From Macrostomum lignano (taxonomy: Eukaryota), in NCBI GenBank assembly GCA_002269645.1, contig NIVC01002013.1, positions 124,001 through 188,000 on the forward strand: a DNA stretch of 64,000 nucleotides, written 5' to 3'. Position numbers and translations under genes: made by a program. Below are positions 14,753 through 25,862 of the stretch, piece by piece. The notes below the pieces were generated by a model. The model did no database searches and was not told the origin of the DNA. It saw nothing but the letters and a program-made list of their open reading frames with translations. Positions within the stretch are counted from its first letter, which is position 1. The number at the start of each line of letters is the position of its first letter.

Positions 14753-15913
14753 AGGAGGGGTTGGGGCAGGGAGGGAGGCGGCTGCGGTTTAATTAGGAGG
14801 GGTTGGGGCAGGGAGGGAGGCGGCTGCGGTTTAATGAGGAGGGGTTGGGGCAGGGAGGGAGGCGGCTGTGGTTTAATGAGGAGGGGTTGGGGCAGGGAGG
14901 GAGGCGGCTGTGGTTTAATGAGGAGGGGTTGGGGCAGGGAGGGAGGCAGCTGCGGTTTAATTAGGAGGGGTTGGGGCAGGGAGGGAGGCGGCTGCGGTTT
15001 AATTAGGAGGGGTTGGGGCAGGGAGGGAGGCGGCTGTGGTTTAATGAGGAGGGGTTGGGGCAGGGAGGGAGGCAGCTGCGGTTTAATTAGGAGGGGTTGG
15101 GGCAGGGAGGGAGGCGGCTGCGGTTTAATTAGGAGGGGTTGGGGCAGGGAGGGAGGCGGCTGTGGTTTAATGAGGAGGGGTTGGGGCAGGGAGGGAGGCG
15201 GCTGCGGTTTAATTGGGAGGGCTTGGACAGGGAGACAGAGGCAGCTGCGGTTTAATTAGGAGGGGTTGGGGCAGGGAGGGAGGCGGCTGCGGTTTAATTG
15301 GGAGGGGTTGGGGCAGGGAGGGAGGCGGCTGCGGTTTAATGAGGAGGGGTTGGGGCAGGGAGGGAGGCGGCTGTGGTTTAATGAGGAGGGGTTGGGGCAG
15401 GGAGGGAGGCGGCTGCGGTTTAATTGGGAGGGCTTGGGGCAGGGAGGGAGGCGGCTGCGGTTTAATTGGGAGGGGTTGGGGCAGGGAGGGAGGCGGCTGC
15501 GGTTTAATTGGGAGGGGTTGGGGCAGGGAGGGAGGCGGCTGCGGTTTAATTAGGAGGGGTTGGGGCAGGGAGGGAGGCAGCTGCGGTTTAATTGGGAGGG
15601 GTTGGGGCAGGGAGGGAGGCGGCTGCGGTTTAATTAGGAGGGGTTGGGGCAGGGAGGGAGGCGGCTGCGGTTTAATTAGGAGGGGTTGGGGCAGGGAGGG
15701 AGGCGGCTGCGGTTTAATTGGGAGGGCTTGGACAGGGAGACAGAGGCAGCTGCGGTTTAATGAGGAGGGGTTGGGGCAGGGAGGGAGGCGGCTGCGGTTT
15801 AATTAGGAGGGGTTGGGGCAGGGAGACAGAGGCAGCTGCGGTTTAATTAGGAGGGGTTGGGGCAGGGAGGGAGGCAGCTGCGGTTTAATTAGGAGGGGTT
15901 GGGGCAGGGAGGG
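14753..15913 (+). repeat. 42-bp G-rich minisatellite with a G-quadruplex motif in each unit
   Basis: Unit AGGAGGGGTTGGGGCAGGGAGGGAGGCGGCTGCGGTTTAATT contains GGGG-TT-GGGG-CA-GGG-A-GGG. Confidence 0.95.
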
Positions 15914-16025
15914 TGAAAGGCAGGTGGGGTTTTGGAGAGGATAGTGAGACATCTTGAGGAGTACATAAGGGATCGAGGGAAGAATGTATCAATGAGTAAT
16001 TGCTCTTTATTGCTATGAGCCAGTG

Positions 16026-17036
16026 CTAGAACTCGGTGTCCACCGTCTCAGGTCCTACTGTGGCGGCTGAAGCTGTTTTTAGCAGGCGCCCGCCGCAGGT
16101 GAGCACGCGGCGCATTCGAATTCGCAGTCTGCGCACGCCAGCTAAGTAGACTGGCGCGTTGGCGCACGAGTTGACGGTCACCAGGAAGCTGCTAGCGACC
16201 TGCAGCGGCGAGTTGAGCTCGTATTGAATGCCGGGCGCCAGCGAGCCGATGAGGTAGTAGAACGAATCCAGTGCGAATGTCGTCCCGAATAGCAATGTCG
16301 CCACCACGGCAGTTCTGGTGAGTTCCATGGCCGACCGACCGCTAGGCGTGGCCCTGACCGCGGCCACCACTCGAGCTTGCATAGTTGTCATGGCAACCAT
16401 CGGGCCAAGGTAGACGCCGATAAACCAGAGCAGCGAGTGGCCCATGAGCAGGCTGTCCATGGTGGCGGACCGGATGGCCGGCTCGCCGGGCCTGCAGGCG
16501 CCGATGTCGAAGTCGTAGCGGACGTAGAAAGCGGTGGGCAGGGCGAAGACCACGGCGGCCAGGTAGATGGCGACCATCTGGCCGGCCAGGCCGCAGCGGG
16601 CCGCCGCCCTGGATCGGTAGCTGATGGGCCTGACCACCGCGGAGAATCTCTCCCAGTTGATAAGCAGCAGGTTGCCAACTCCCACAGCCACAATGGCCCA
16701 ATAGACGGTCTGCGTGTGCCACAGGTAGCACAGGGCCGGGCCGCCCTGGTCAAGCAGGTCGGGCAGCCAGCCGGGCGAGTACAGCAGGCAGAGGAGGCAC
16801 ACGATCGAGTCGACGCCGAACTGGTGCGCTAGCAGACGGCCAGCCACCCGATTTGAAGCTCCGCCGAAGCGACCGCCGCCCGGCAGCAGTGTGGCGGCCA
16901 GGCAGAGCCAGTTCAAAGCCAGACCAACGGCTATGAGCAGAGCTCGACAGGCCAACAGAAAGGTTTCTACTGGACTGGAAGCAACAGCTTGCTGGCTGTT
17001 GACCGTTTCGTTCGTCGCATTGTCTCGAAGCTCCAT
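16026..17036 (-). CDS. Intronless class A orphan GPCR, 336 aa
   Basis: N-terminal N-glycosylation sequons and 7 TM segments. ERFSAVVRP (DRY equivalent), YLGP in TM5, NSCANAPVY (NPxxY equivalent). Confidence 0.9.
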   Translation of the reverse strand: MELRDNATNETVNSQQAVASSPVETFLLACRALLIAVGLALNWLCLAATLLPGGGRFGGASNRVAGRLLAHQFGVDSIVCLLCLLYSPGWLPDLLDQGGPALCYLWHTQTVYWAIVAVGVGNLLLINWERFSAVVRPISYRSRAAARCGLAGQMVAIYLAAVVFALPTAFYVRYDFDIGACRPGEPAIRSATMDSLLMGHSLLWFIGVYLGPMVAMTTMQARVVAAVRATPSGRSAMELTRTAVVATLLFGTTFALDSFYYLIGSLAPGIQYELNSPLQVASSFLVTVNSCANAPVYLAGVRRLRIRMRRVLTCGGRLLKTASAATVGPETVDTEF

Positions 17037-17414
17037 CGTTCATCAGAGTCTGCTTTCTCTCACGCACAATTTTCTTTCAAACCGCTCACTTTTTTACTAT
17101 CAAATTCAGGGCAGAGTTAGTCGGGTCGTGCGCTGTTTCTCAATCAGTTGCCATGGTTAACAAACTGGAGGCAAACAGATTTTTTGAATGCATTTTATTT
17201 GTTCCTTTCTGGTCCTCGGTACAGACAGGCCCAGCAGGGAAGGATATGAGCTGTATGTCTTCCAAGCTCAACCCAGCCTCCTGGTAAGTCTTCTTCAGCC
17301 AGGTCATGTAGCTGGCACGTTCGTTTGTTGAGTTAGCAAATGCAAAATTTATGCAGAAAGTCATCATATCAGTGTAAGACTTGTCTATTTTTAATCTAGC
17401 TAGTGTAATACTCA

Positions 17415-18090
17415 GACGGCATCAACCTGTCTCCTCAGACAGCGTCAACCTGTCTCCTCAGACAGCATCAACCTGTCTCCTCAGACAGCGTCAACCTGTC
17501 TCCTCAGACAGCATCAACCTGTCTCCTCAGACAGCATCAACCTGTCTCCTCAGACAGAATCAACCTGTCTCCTCAGACAGCATCAACCTGTCTCCTCAGA
17601 CAGCATCAACCTGTCTCCTCAGACAGAATCAACCTGTCTCCTCAGACAGCATCAACCTGTCTCCTCAGACAGCATCAACCTGTCTCCTCAGACAGCGTCA
17701 ACCTGTCTCCTCAGACAGCGTCAACCTGTCTCCTCAGACAGCGTCAACCTGTCTCCTCAGACAGCATCAACCTGTCTCCTCAGACAGCGTCAACCTGTCT
17801 CCTCAGACAGCATCAACCTGTCTCCTCAGACAGCGTCAACCTGTCTCCTCAGACAGCGTCAACCTGTCTCCTCAGACAGCGTCAACCTGTCTCCTCAGAC
17901 AGCGTCAACCTGTCTCCTCAGACAGCGTCAACCTGTCTCCTCAGACAGCATCAACCTGTCTCCTCAGACAGCGTCAACCTGTCTCCTCAGACAGCATCAA
18001 CCTGTCTCCTCAGACAGCGTCAACCTGTCTCCTCAGACAGCATCAACCTGTCTCCTCAGACAGCGTCAACCTGTCTCCTCAGACAGCATC
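17415..18090. repeat. 23-bp minisatellite with an internal hairpin
   Basis: Unit GCATCAACCTGTCTCCTCAGACA. CTGTCT-CCTC-AGACAG is self-complementary. Confidence 0.95.
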
Positions 18091-18589
18091 ATGCCGCTAT
18101 AAGAGCTATACTCTGTGAGCGTGCGTCCGTGTGGCAGCCTACCAGCCAACAGAAGCATATGGATTCAGCTGGCCTAAGTTCATAGCTATCAGTGTACAGC
18201 ACAACTCGCACTGCTTTGCTTATATGTACACCTTTCTATAGTTAGATAGAGCAATGTCAAGCGTACGCTCGAAGAACAGAAACAGCCTTGCACTGCACAA
18301 TTTGAACTCCGTTCGCACTTTCAAAGGCTGCACTGCACAAGCAAATCTTATTCAGGTGCGAGGCCAGATAAATAAGATAACCTGCACAGGCAGACACACC
18401 TAACAAGTGCAACTAAAAAAATATTGTCAGAATTTTCTACGCAAAGAAATAAAATGCATTGCTTGCATTCAACAACACTAAAGTCGGCCTTCTCCAGACT
18501 GAAGCTTCTACCTGGAAGGTGGTGCCATCGTTTATTCAGTAGAAGGTGAATTAATTTATTATGTAGATTGACTTCTGATTGAAGCCACA

Positions 18590-18960
18590 TTCCAGACCCC
18601 ATCCCAGACCCCATCCCAGACCCCATCCCAGACCCCATCCCAGACCCCATCCCAGACCCCATCCCAGACCCCATCCCAGACCCCATCCCAGACCCCATCC
18701 CAGACCCCATCCCAGACCCCATCCCAGACCCCATCCCAGACCCCATCCCAGACCCCATCCCAGACCCCATCCCAGACCCCATCCCAGACCCCATCCCAGA
18801 CCCCATCCTAGACCCCATCCCAGACTCCATCCCAGACCCCATCCCAGACCCCATCCCAGACTCCATCCCTGACCCCATCCCAGACCCCATCCCAGACCCC
18901 ATCACTGACCCCATCCCAGACTCCATCCCTGACCCCATCCCTGACCCAATTCCAAACCTC
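18590..18960. repeat. 12-bp minisatellite (CCCAGACCCCAT)n, G-rich on the minus strand
   Basis: Direct tandem repeat. Confidence 0.95.
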
Positions 18961-19539
18961 AATACTGATCCCATTCCAGATTTAATCCCAATTCCACATT
19001 CCAGAATCCTTCTTCATCAATGATTTTCCAAAATCCTCGGCCACACTAAAGATTCCAACCCCCCTGGTCTGTTCCCTACCGCGGCTATTCCATCAATTCT
19101 TAGCTCTGCCAATCCTTGGTTTCCTATTTCCTATTCCCTGGCATCAGGTTAGGGTGCGCTATTCACGCATCAGGTCATTAGTACATGGCAGACCCCAGCA
19201 CCATAGGTGAGATTAGCAAAGCAAAAATCAACTGGCCAGCGCCCCCCCCCTCCCACCCAGGCCACCTGATTTCTGTGGGCTGCAGATAGACTGAACGATT
19301 TATGAAAAATAAATATGGCAGCAGCCATTCCAGCTAGACCGAGACGGGACACGGCTGCAGAAGCCTTCGCGATGAAAGGTCTACTTGCCTATCAGCCATT
19401 CTCTGATAAGTTAATAGCTGAATAAATTCATAAACCATAATCAAGCATCTTTACTGTGCCGATCTCCCCAACCCAATCCGCATCCCACCTGCATCCCACC
19501 CGCATGCCACCCGCATCTCACCTGCATCGCACCCGCATC

Positions 19540-20005
19540 CTACCTCTCCCTACTTCTCTCTACCTCTCTACCTCTATCTCTCCCTATCCCTCCTACTTAT
19601 CCTTACCTTTCCTTGCCTCTCCCTATCTCTCCCTACCTCTCTCTAACTCTCTCCACCTCTCCCTATCCCTCCCTAACTCTACCTGTCTCTACCTCTCCCT
19701 ATCCCTCCCTAACTCTACCTGTCTCTACCTCTCCCTATCCCTCCCTAACTCTACCTGTCTCTACCTCTCCCTATCCCTCCCTAACTCTACCTGTCTCTAC
19801 CTCTCCCTATCCCTCCCTAACTCTACCTGTCTCTACCTCTCCCTATCCCTCCCTACCTCTCTCTACCTCTCCCTACTTCTCTCTACCTCTTTCTACCCCT
19901 CTCTACCTCTCTCTACCTCTCCCTAACTCTCTCTACTTCTCTCTCCCTCTCTACATCTCCATAGCTCTCTCTAACTCTCCTTACCTCTCCCTACCTCTCC
20001 CTACC
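19540..20005. repeat. Pyrimidine-rich degenerate repeat with a 36-bp core unit
   Basis: CTCTCCCTATCCCTCCCTAACTCTACCTGTCTCTAC repeated about 5 times within a CT-rich tract. Confidence 0.85.
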
Positions 20006-20085
20006 TTCGAATAAAAGTCTTCAATAGAAAGCAGCCTTGCAGCACTTTAATTGCTAGTGCTCGGAAACAACCAATGAATTTCCAG

Positions 20086-20362
20086 TCTATCATCGGCATC
20101 GTCAAAGTCTTCAGCCTGGCACCGACCAGATGCCTCCGCCGCGGCGGCCGTCTCTGTGGACGAAGCTCGACGCACCCTGTCGGTAACATGGCCGTCTTCT
20201 GCTCAAGGTTCGACTGCGAGTCACTGGGAAGCTGCCAGCCTGTTCCCATTGGCCTGGCTCAGGGACTCCTGCCAGTGCCCCACCTGCTTCAACCCCGCCA
20301 CCAAGTCGCGTACACTGCACTTTAAAGACTTCAATCCCAGGGTGCCGGTGAGGTCGGCTTCG
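20086..20362 (+). CDS. BBOX1: Gamma-butyrobetaine dioxygenase, first recognisable exon (5' boundary uncertain)
   Basis: LFPLAWLRDSCQCPTCFNPATKSR matches the BBOX N-terminal Zn-binding WLRDxCxCxxC motif. Donor TCG|GTGAGT at 20363. Confidence 0.8.
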
Positions 20363-20629
20363 GTGAGTCACTCTGAGTCAGGGACCACTTCAGTAGAACG
20401 GCGGGAAACCTGGTTTCTAAGAAAAGAATATTTAGAGGCTGGGTTTGCTAAAAAAACTTTTTTTGGTGATTGGAAATTTAATATAGTTTTAATTTAAAGC
20501 AGATTTTTACCATTCCATTGATTTTTACACAGCTTTGTTTATAAATACGGGTAAAAATATATAGCAGCTATCTCTGTCGACCAAATGTCCAAAGATTTGC
20601 TTTTCTGCATAGCGCTTAATGGGGTTTTG

Positions 20630-21322
20630 CCATGCGAAATGTCCTATCCCTCAGGGGGGAAATGTCCTATCCCTCAGGGGGAATTGTCCTATCCCTCAGG
20701 GGGGAGATGTCCTATCCCTCAGGGGGGAAATGTCCTATCCCTCAGGTGGGGAATGTCCTATCCCTCAGGGGGGAAATGTCCTATCCCTCAGGGGGGAAAT
20801 GTCCTATCCCTCAGGGGCGAAATGTCCTATCCTTTGGGGGGGGGATGTCCTATCCCTCAGGGGGGAAATGTCCTATCCCTCAGGGGGGAAATGTCCTATC
20901 CCTCAGGGGGGAGATGTCCTATCCCTCAGGGGGGAAATGTCCTATCCCTCAGGTGGGGAATGTCCTATCCCTCAGGGGGGAAATGTCCTATCCCTCAGGG
21001 GGGAAATGTCCTATCCCTCAGGGGCGAAATGTCCTATCCTTTGGGGGGGGGAATGTCCTATCCCTCAGCTCAGGGGGGGAATGTCCTATCCCTCAGCTCA
21101 GGGGGGGAATGTCCTATCCCTCAGCTCAGGGAGGGGGGTGAATGTCCTATCCCTCAGGGGGGAATGTCCTATCCCTCAGGGGGGAAATGTCTTATCCCTC
21201 AGGGGGAAAAGTCCTATCCATCACGGGGGAAAAGTCCTATTCCTCAGGGGAAAATGTCCTATCCCTCAGGGGGGAAATGTCCTATCCCTCAGGGGCGAAA
21301 TGTCTTATACCTCAGGGGGGTA
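20630..21322. repeat. About 22-bp intronic minisatellite (AAATGTCCTATCCCTCAGGGGGG)
   Basis: Direct tandem repeat with variable G-run length. Confidence 0.93.
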
Positions 21323-21522
21323 TGAATTAAATAAAAATAAATAAATAAAGCTTTGTCTACACAACTAAAGAAAATATAACTGAGTAAAATGCTTTCTATG
21401 CTAAATTTAAAGATTGGTAATCTTCACTGCCCCAGATCAAATGCAATCATTGATTGTGATAAAAATATTATTCTCATCGTCACAGTGTATTTTTTTCAGA
21501 AAATTGGTCTGCAATTTTTTAT

Positions 21523-21903
21523 ACTGTTATACTACAGTGGTCCTTGATCAGCTGTTATACTACAGTGGTCATTGATCAGCTGTTATACTACAGTGGTCCT
21601 TGATCAGCTGTTATACTACAGTGGTCCTTGATCAGCTGTTTTACTACAGTGGTCCTTGATCAGCTGTTATACTACAGTGGTCCTTGATCCTGTTATACTA
21701 CAGTGGTCCTTGATCAGCTGTTATACTACAGTGGTCCTTGATCAGCTGTTATACTACAGTGGTCCTTGATCAGCTGTTATACTACAGTGGTCCTTGATCC
21801 TGTTATACTACAGTGGTCCTTGATCCTGTTATACTACAGTGGTCCTTGATCCTGTTATACTACAGTGGTCCTTGATCAGCTGTTATACTACAGTGGTCCT
21901 TGA
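21523..21903. repeat. 28-bp intronic minisatellite (CTGTTATACTACAGTGGTCCTTGATCAG)
   Basis: Direct tandem repeat. Confidence 0.93.
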
Positions 21904-22027
21904 ATGAAGCCTTAAAAGTAAAATCAGTTAATTCGTCTGTTCCTCGTATCTCCACGCACTATGCACACTACTAAGAACTGATTGGAAAGTAGTATTAAAA
22001 GAGTGTTACAATGTCAATCCCGCGCAG

Positions 22028-22213
22028 GTAAGCCCGGACTCGAGCACCCTGACGGTGGAGTGGCAGGACGGCCACCGGAGCAGCTACTCCCGGCAGTGGC
22101 TGCAGGTGCGCAGCTTCACCGAATCGGCCAGGCGGCGACGCGGCGAGGCGCTCGCCTTCACGGCGCGGAAGAAACAGTGGAGCCAGGAGCTGACTGAGTT
22201 TGACTACTCTGAG
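22028..22213 (+). CDS. BBOX1: BBOX1 exon
   Basis: VSPDSSTLTVEWQDGHRSSYSRQWLQVRSF... contains the W-DGH-S Zn ligand region. Phase 0 at both ends. Confidence 0.9.
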
Positions 22214-22318
22214 GTTAGAATCGGGGTTAACAAGTTCAACTTTACTGAATTCTATTTATAAATTATGACAAGTTGATCTTTCAAAGATTGTCCCTCTTTT
22301 TCATTAGAGACATAGGGA

Positions 22319-22656
22319 ACTTTAAGCGACATTGTCACACAACCGGCGAGAGGCATTACTGCCCATTCCGCCGACTCCCCTGAGCAGGCACACAAGCGCG
22401 CGGATACGTACGCAGTCATACGCATAGGCAAACACTCACAAAGGAGTGTACAGCGGCCCTAACTTCATTTATCGTTAGGCATGTACACTTCACTGCGCCT
22501 TGGGGGTTGGCCCTCAAGGGCGTGATTGCTCGAGCAGAGCCAAGCCGAAATTCCAAATTCAGCCCCAAATAAATGTGACTGCACTTGGAATCGAGCCTGG
22601 GCCGCTGGCACATCACAGCGCCGCGCCAGACCACTGGGCTACGCCCCCCCCCCCCC
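22319..22656 (-). mobile_element. tRNA-derived SINE, family 1, copy B (in a BBOX1 intron)
   Basis: Homologous to 4801-5120. A box GGCGTAGCCCAGTGG, B box GGCTCGATTCC. Confidence 0.82.
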
Positions 22657-22791
22657 TAAGATTTTTTGTCAAATCAGTGCTCCTCCAAGTCTAGAAGTCC
22701 TTGAATCTAGAAAGAAACATCCTCCGAGTATCGAAGTCCTTGAATCTAGAGGGACATCCGATTTAAACTTGCACAATCTTCCTCGATGCAG

Positions 22792-23046
22792 CTGATGTCC
22801 AAGGACAGTGTTCTGCTGGAACTGCTGCACCACCTGGACTGCTTCGGCTGCTTGCTGGTGCGCCAATCGCCAACCGAGCTGGGTACCCTGCCGAAATTCG
22901 GTCAGCGATTAGCGGGCTTCCTAGCGCCTAGCAACTACGGTCACAGCTTCGAGGTGAAGTCCAAATCGGATCCGAGCAATGCCGCCTACACAAGCGGCTA
23001 CCTGGGCCTGCACATCGACCAGAGCTTCTACAGCAGACGGCCTGGG
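22792..23046 (+). CDS. BBOX1: BBOX1 exon with the HxD iron-binding motif; ends at a GC donor
   Basis: LMSKDSVLLELL...SNYGHSFEVKSKSDPSNAAYTSGYLGLHIDQSFYSRRPG, followed by GCAAGT. Confidence 0.9.
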
Positions 23047-23127
23047 GCAAGTATAGAACCGAGCTGCCTACGCGCTCCCAAGTTGCTCAAATCCCTAAAT
23101 AATTGCATCCGTTGTAGGGTTTGATGC

Positions 23128-23765
23128 AGGGACTAAACTGCATCAATTCTAGTGTTCGATCCAGGGACTGAACTGTATCAACGACAACTCTTGTGTTTGA
23201 TCCAGGGACTAAACTGTATCAACTCTGGTGTTTGATCCAGGGACTAAGCTGTATCAACTCTGGTGTTTGATCCAGGGACTAAGCTGTATCAACTCTGGTG
23301 TTTGATCCAGGGACTAAGCTGTATCAACTCTGGTGTTTGATCCAGGGACTAAGCTGTATCAACTCTGGTGTTTGATCCAGGGACTAAACTGTATCAACTC
23401 TGGTGTTTGATCCAGGGACTAAACTGTATCAACTCTGGTGTTTGATCCAGGGACTAAACTGTATCAATTCTGATGTTTAATCCATTGACTAAACTGCATC
23501 GATTCTGATGTTTGATCCAGGGACTAAACTGTATCAATTCTGATGTTTTATCCATTGACTAAACTGCATCAATTCTGAAGCTTGATTCATTGACTAAACT
23601 GCATCGATTCTGATGTTTGATCCATTGACTAACCTGCATCAATTCTGATGTTTTATCCATTGACTAAACTGCATCAATTCTGATGTTTTATCCATTGACT
23701 AAACTGCATCAATTCTGATGTTTTATCCATTGACTAAACTGCATCAATTCTGATGTTTGATTCAG
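23128..23765. repeat. 35-bp intronic minisatellite, drifting along the array
   Basis: ATCCAGGGACTAAACTGTATCAACTCTGGTGTTTG grades into ATCCATTGACTAAACTGCATCAATTCTGATGTTTT. Confidence 0.93.
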
Positions 23766-23791
23766 GAACTGCCTCTCCAATCCATCCTCAG

Positions 23792-24003
23792 GTGCAAATT
23801 CTTCACTGCATCTCGCAGCCAACCGATGGCTCAATCCAGGGCGGCGAAAGCCTCATTGCTGACGGCTTCCAGGCCGCTGCCATCATGCGGCGCAGCCATC
23901 CGGACCATTTCCAGGCTCTGACGACTCTGCCAATTGATTTCAACGACTACGGCAGCGACTTCGTTGGAGATTTTCACTTCATCAATCGGGAAACTGTGCT
24001 GCG
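23792..24003 (+). CDS. BBOX1: BBOX1 exon
   Basis: VQILHCISQPTDGSIQGGESLIADGFQAA..., phase-2 GTTAGA donor. Confidence 0.9.
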
Positions 24004-24578
24004 GTTAGAGAACTTTCAAATTAACCTAACGCTTTTCTCTCGGTTTGAAGTGGTAGCATCATTTTACTTTAGCTTTCTATTTTGTGTCACTAGCCAAATG
24101 TTCATTTGAATGCGGCAGAATCTCAAATCAATAAATAAGTCAACGAGTTACGAAAACCAAGGACTACTCAAGTAGAAGGATGGGAAACTGCGTTTCTTAG
24201 GAAACGTTTATAAGGCTGGTTTTCGCCGAAAAATACACTACGGAGATAGGAAGTTGTCATATTTTCAACACAAAAATTGCTATTGTACGTAGAATAAAAA
24301 AATTAACATAGAATCATAAGTTTCTGGACAAAAAGCTTTATAAATATCAATAGAGCTATAAGAAAGGCACAACATATCAAAAGAAGAGCATTAGGTCTGC
24401 CTTCTATAAAAAGCAATAACAATTTTTGTGCTGAAAAAATGAAACTTCCTATCTCTGTAGTGTATGCTTTGGCGAAAACAATCCGTATAAACATTTTCTA
24501 TGAGGAATCATTGACGAGAACATTTTAATATGGGCTTCTTTAAACAAAGTGTAGAAAAACTTCGCCCTTCCCCTCCAG

Positions 24579-24748
24579 ACTAAACAGCATCGGCGAGGTA
24601 GACAGAGTGACATTCAGCGGTCACTCCAGGGACTACAACCAGAACCATCTGGAGCCCGAGAAAGTGCAGTTGCTCTACGAGGCGTTGAAGATTTTCTATG
24701 AAACTCTCAGCAAACCGCCTTGTATAATTAAGCACAAGATGCAAACAG
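24579..24748 (+). CDS. BBOX1: BBOX1 exon
   Basis: (R)LNSIGEVDRVTFSGHSRD...LYEALKIF...HKMQT(G), phase 2 in and phase 1 out, GTGAGT donor. Confidence 0.88.
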
Positions 24749-24947
24749 GTGAGTACGGTTGGGGTTGTGACGCAATTATTCAATGCCTGGTAGACTTAAT
24801 ACTTTAACTTTCTAACAAATAGCGAAGAATTAACTAACACTTGAAGCAAAATTTAGCATTAGGCGGACAGTGAAAGATTAAATGGTCGTAAAAAGTCGGA
24901 AGAGAGTTAAACAGGCTATAGTTAAAAGTAATAAAACTGGACCTCTT

Positions 24948-25543
24948 CGTGCGCCACGCGCACGGAGAGTCCTAAATTATCGATGTACAACTATTATACA
25001 AAACGCTCACGCGCACGGAGAGTCCTAAATTATCGATGTACAACTATTATACAAAACGCTCACGCGCGCGGAAAGGTCTAAATTATCGATCGTGCAACTA
25101 TTATACAAACCGCTTACGCGTGCGGAGAGGTCTAAATTATCGATCGTGCAACTATTATACAAAACGCTTACGCGTGCGGAGAGGTCTAAATTATCGATCG
25201 TGCAACTATTATACAAAACGCTTACGCGTGCGGAGAGGTCTAAATTATCGATCGTGCAACTATTATACAAAATGCTTCGCGTGCGGAGAGGTCTAAATTA
25301 TCGATCGTGCAACTATTATACAAAACGCTCACGCGTGCGGAGAGTCCTAAATTATCGATGTACAACTATTATACAAAACGCTCACGCGTGCGGAGAGTCC
25401 TAAATTATCGATGTACAACTATTATACAAAACGCTCACGCGTGCGGAGAGTCCTAAATTATCGATGTACAACTATTATACAAAACGCTTACGCGTGCGGA
25501 GAGGTATAAATTATCGGTGTACAACTATTATACAAAACGCTCT
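24948..25543. repeat. About 53-bp intronic minisatellite
   Basis: GCGTGCGGAGAGGTCTAAATTATCGATCGTGCAACTATTATACAAAACGCTTAC-like units. Confidence 0.93.
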
Positions 25544-25689
25544 AAATAGATCGTAAACACAATAGGACAAAAATAAAGCGGCCCAATTGAGGGCCACAAT
25601 ACGGAAAAAACGTTGAGGAAATAGGAAAAGATACGAATTTTGTCAGTTTATACACGTATGCATAAACCTGACTACGCGACTCCGCGCAG

Positions 25690-25862
25690 GCCACATGCAA
25701 CTGTTGGACAATCGCCGAGTACTTCACGGTCGTCTGGCGTTCAACGTGATAGGAACTGCTGAACGATTCCTGCACGGCGGCTACGTGGAATGGGACGAGG
25801 TTTACAGCCGGATGCGAAGGCTCGAAGAGGCGGCCAGAGGCGACGCCAGAGAGGCGCAATAG
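25690..25862 (+). CDS. BBOX1: BBOX1 last exon (missed by the ORF track)
   Basis: (G)HMQLLDNRRVLHGRLAFNVIGTAERFLHGGYVEWDEVYSRMRRL...Q* carries the distal Fe-binding His (LHGR) and the conserved Arg. Confidence 0.92.

Noticed and set aside
17140-17367. 75-aa minus-strand ORF upstream of the second GPCR
   Set aside because: No recognisable motif; it lies in probable UTR or promoter sequence.
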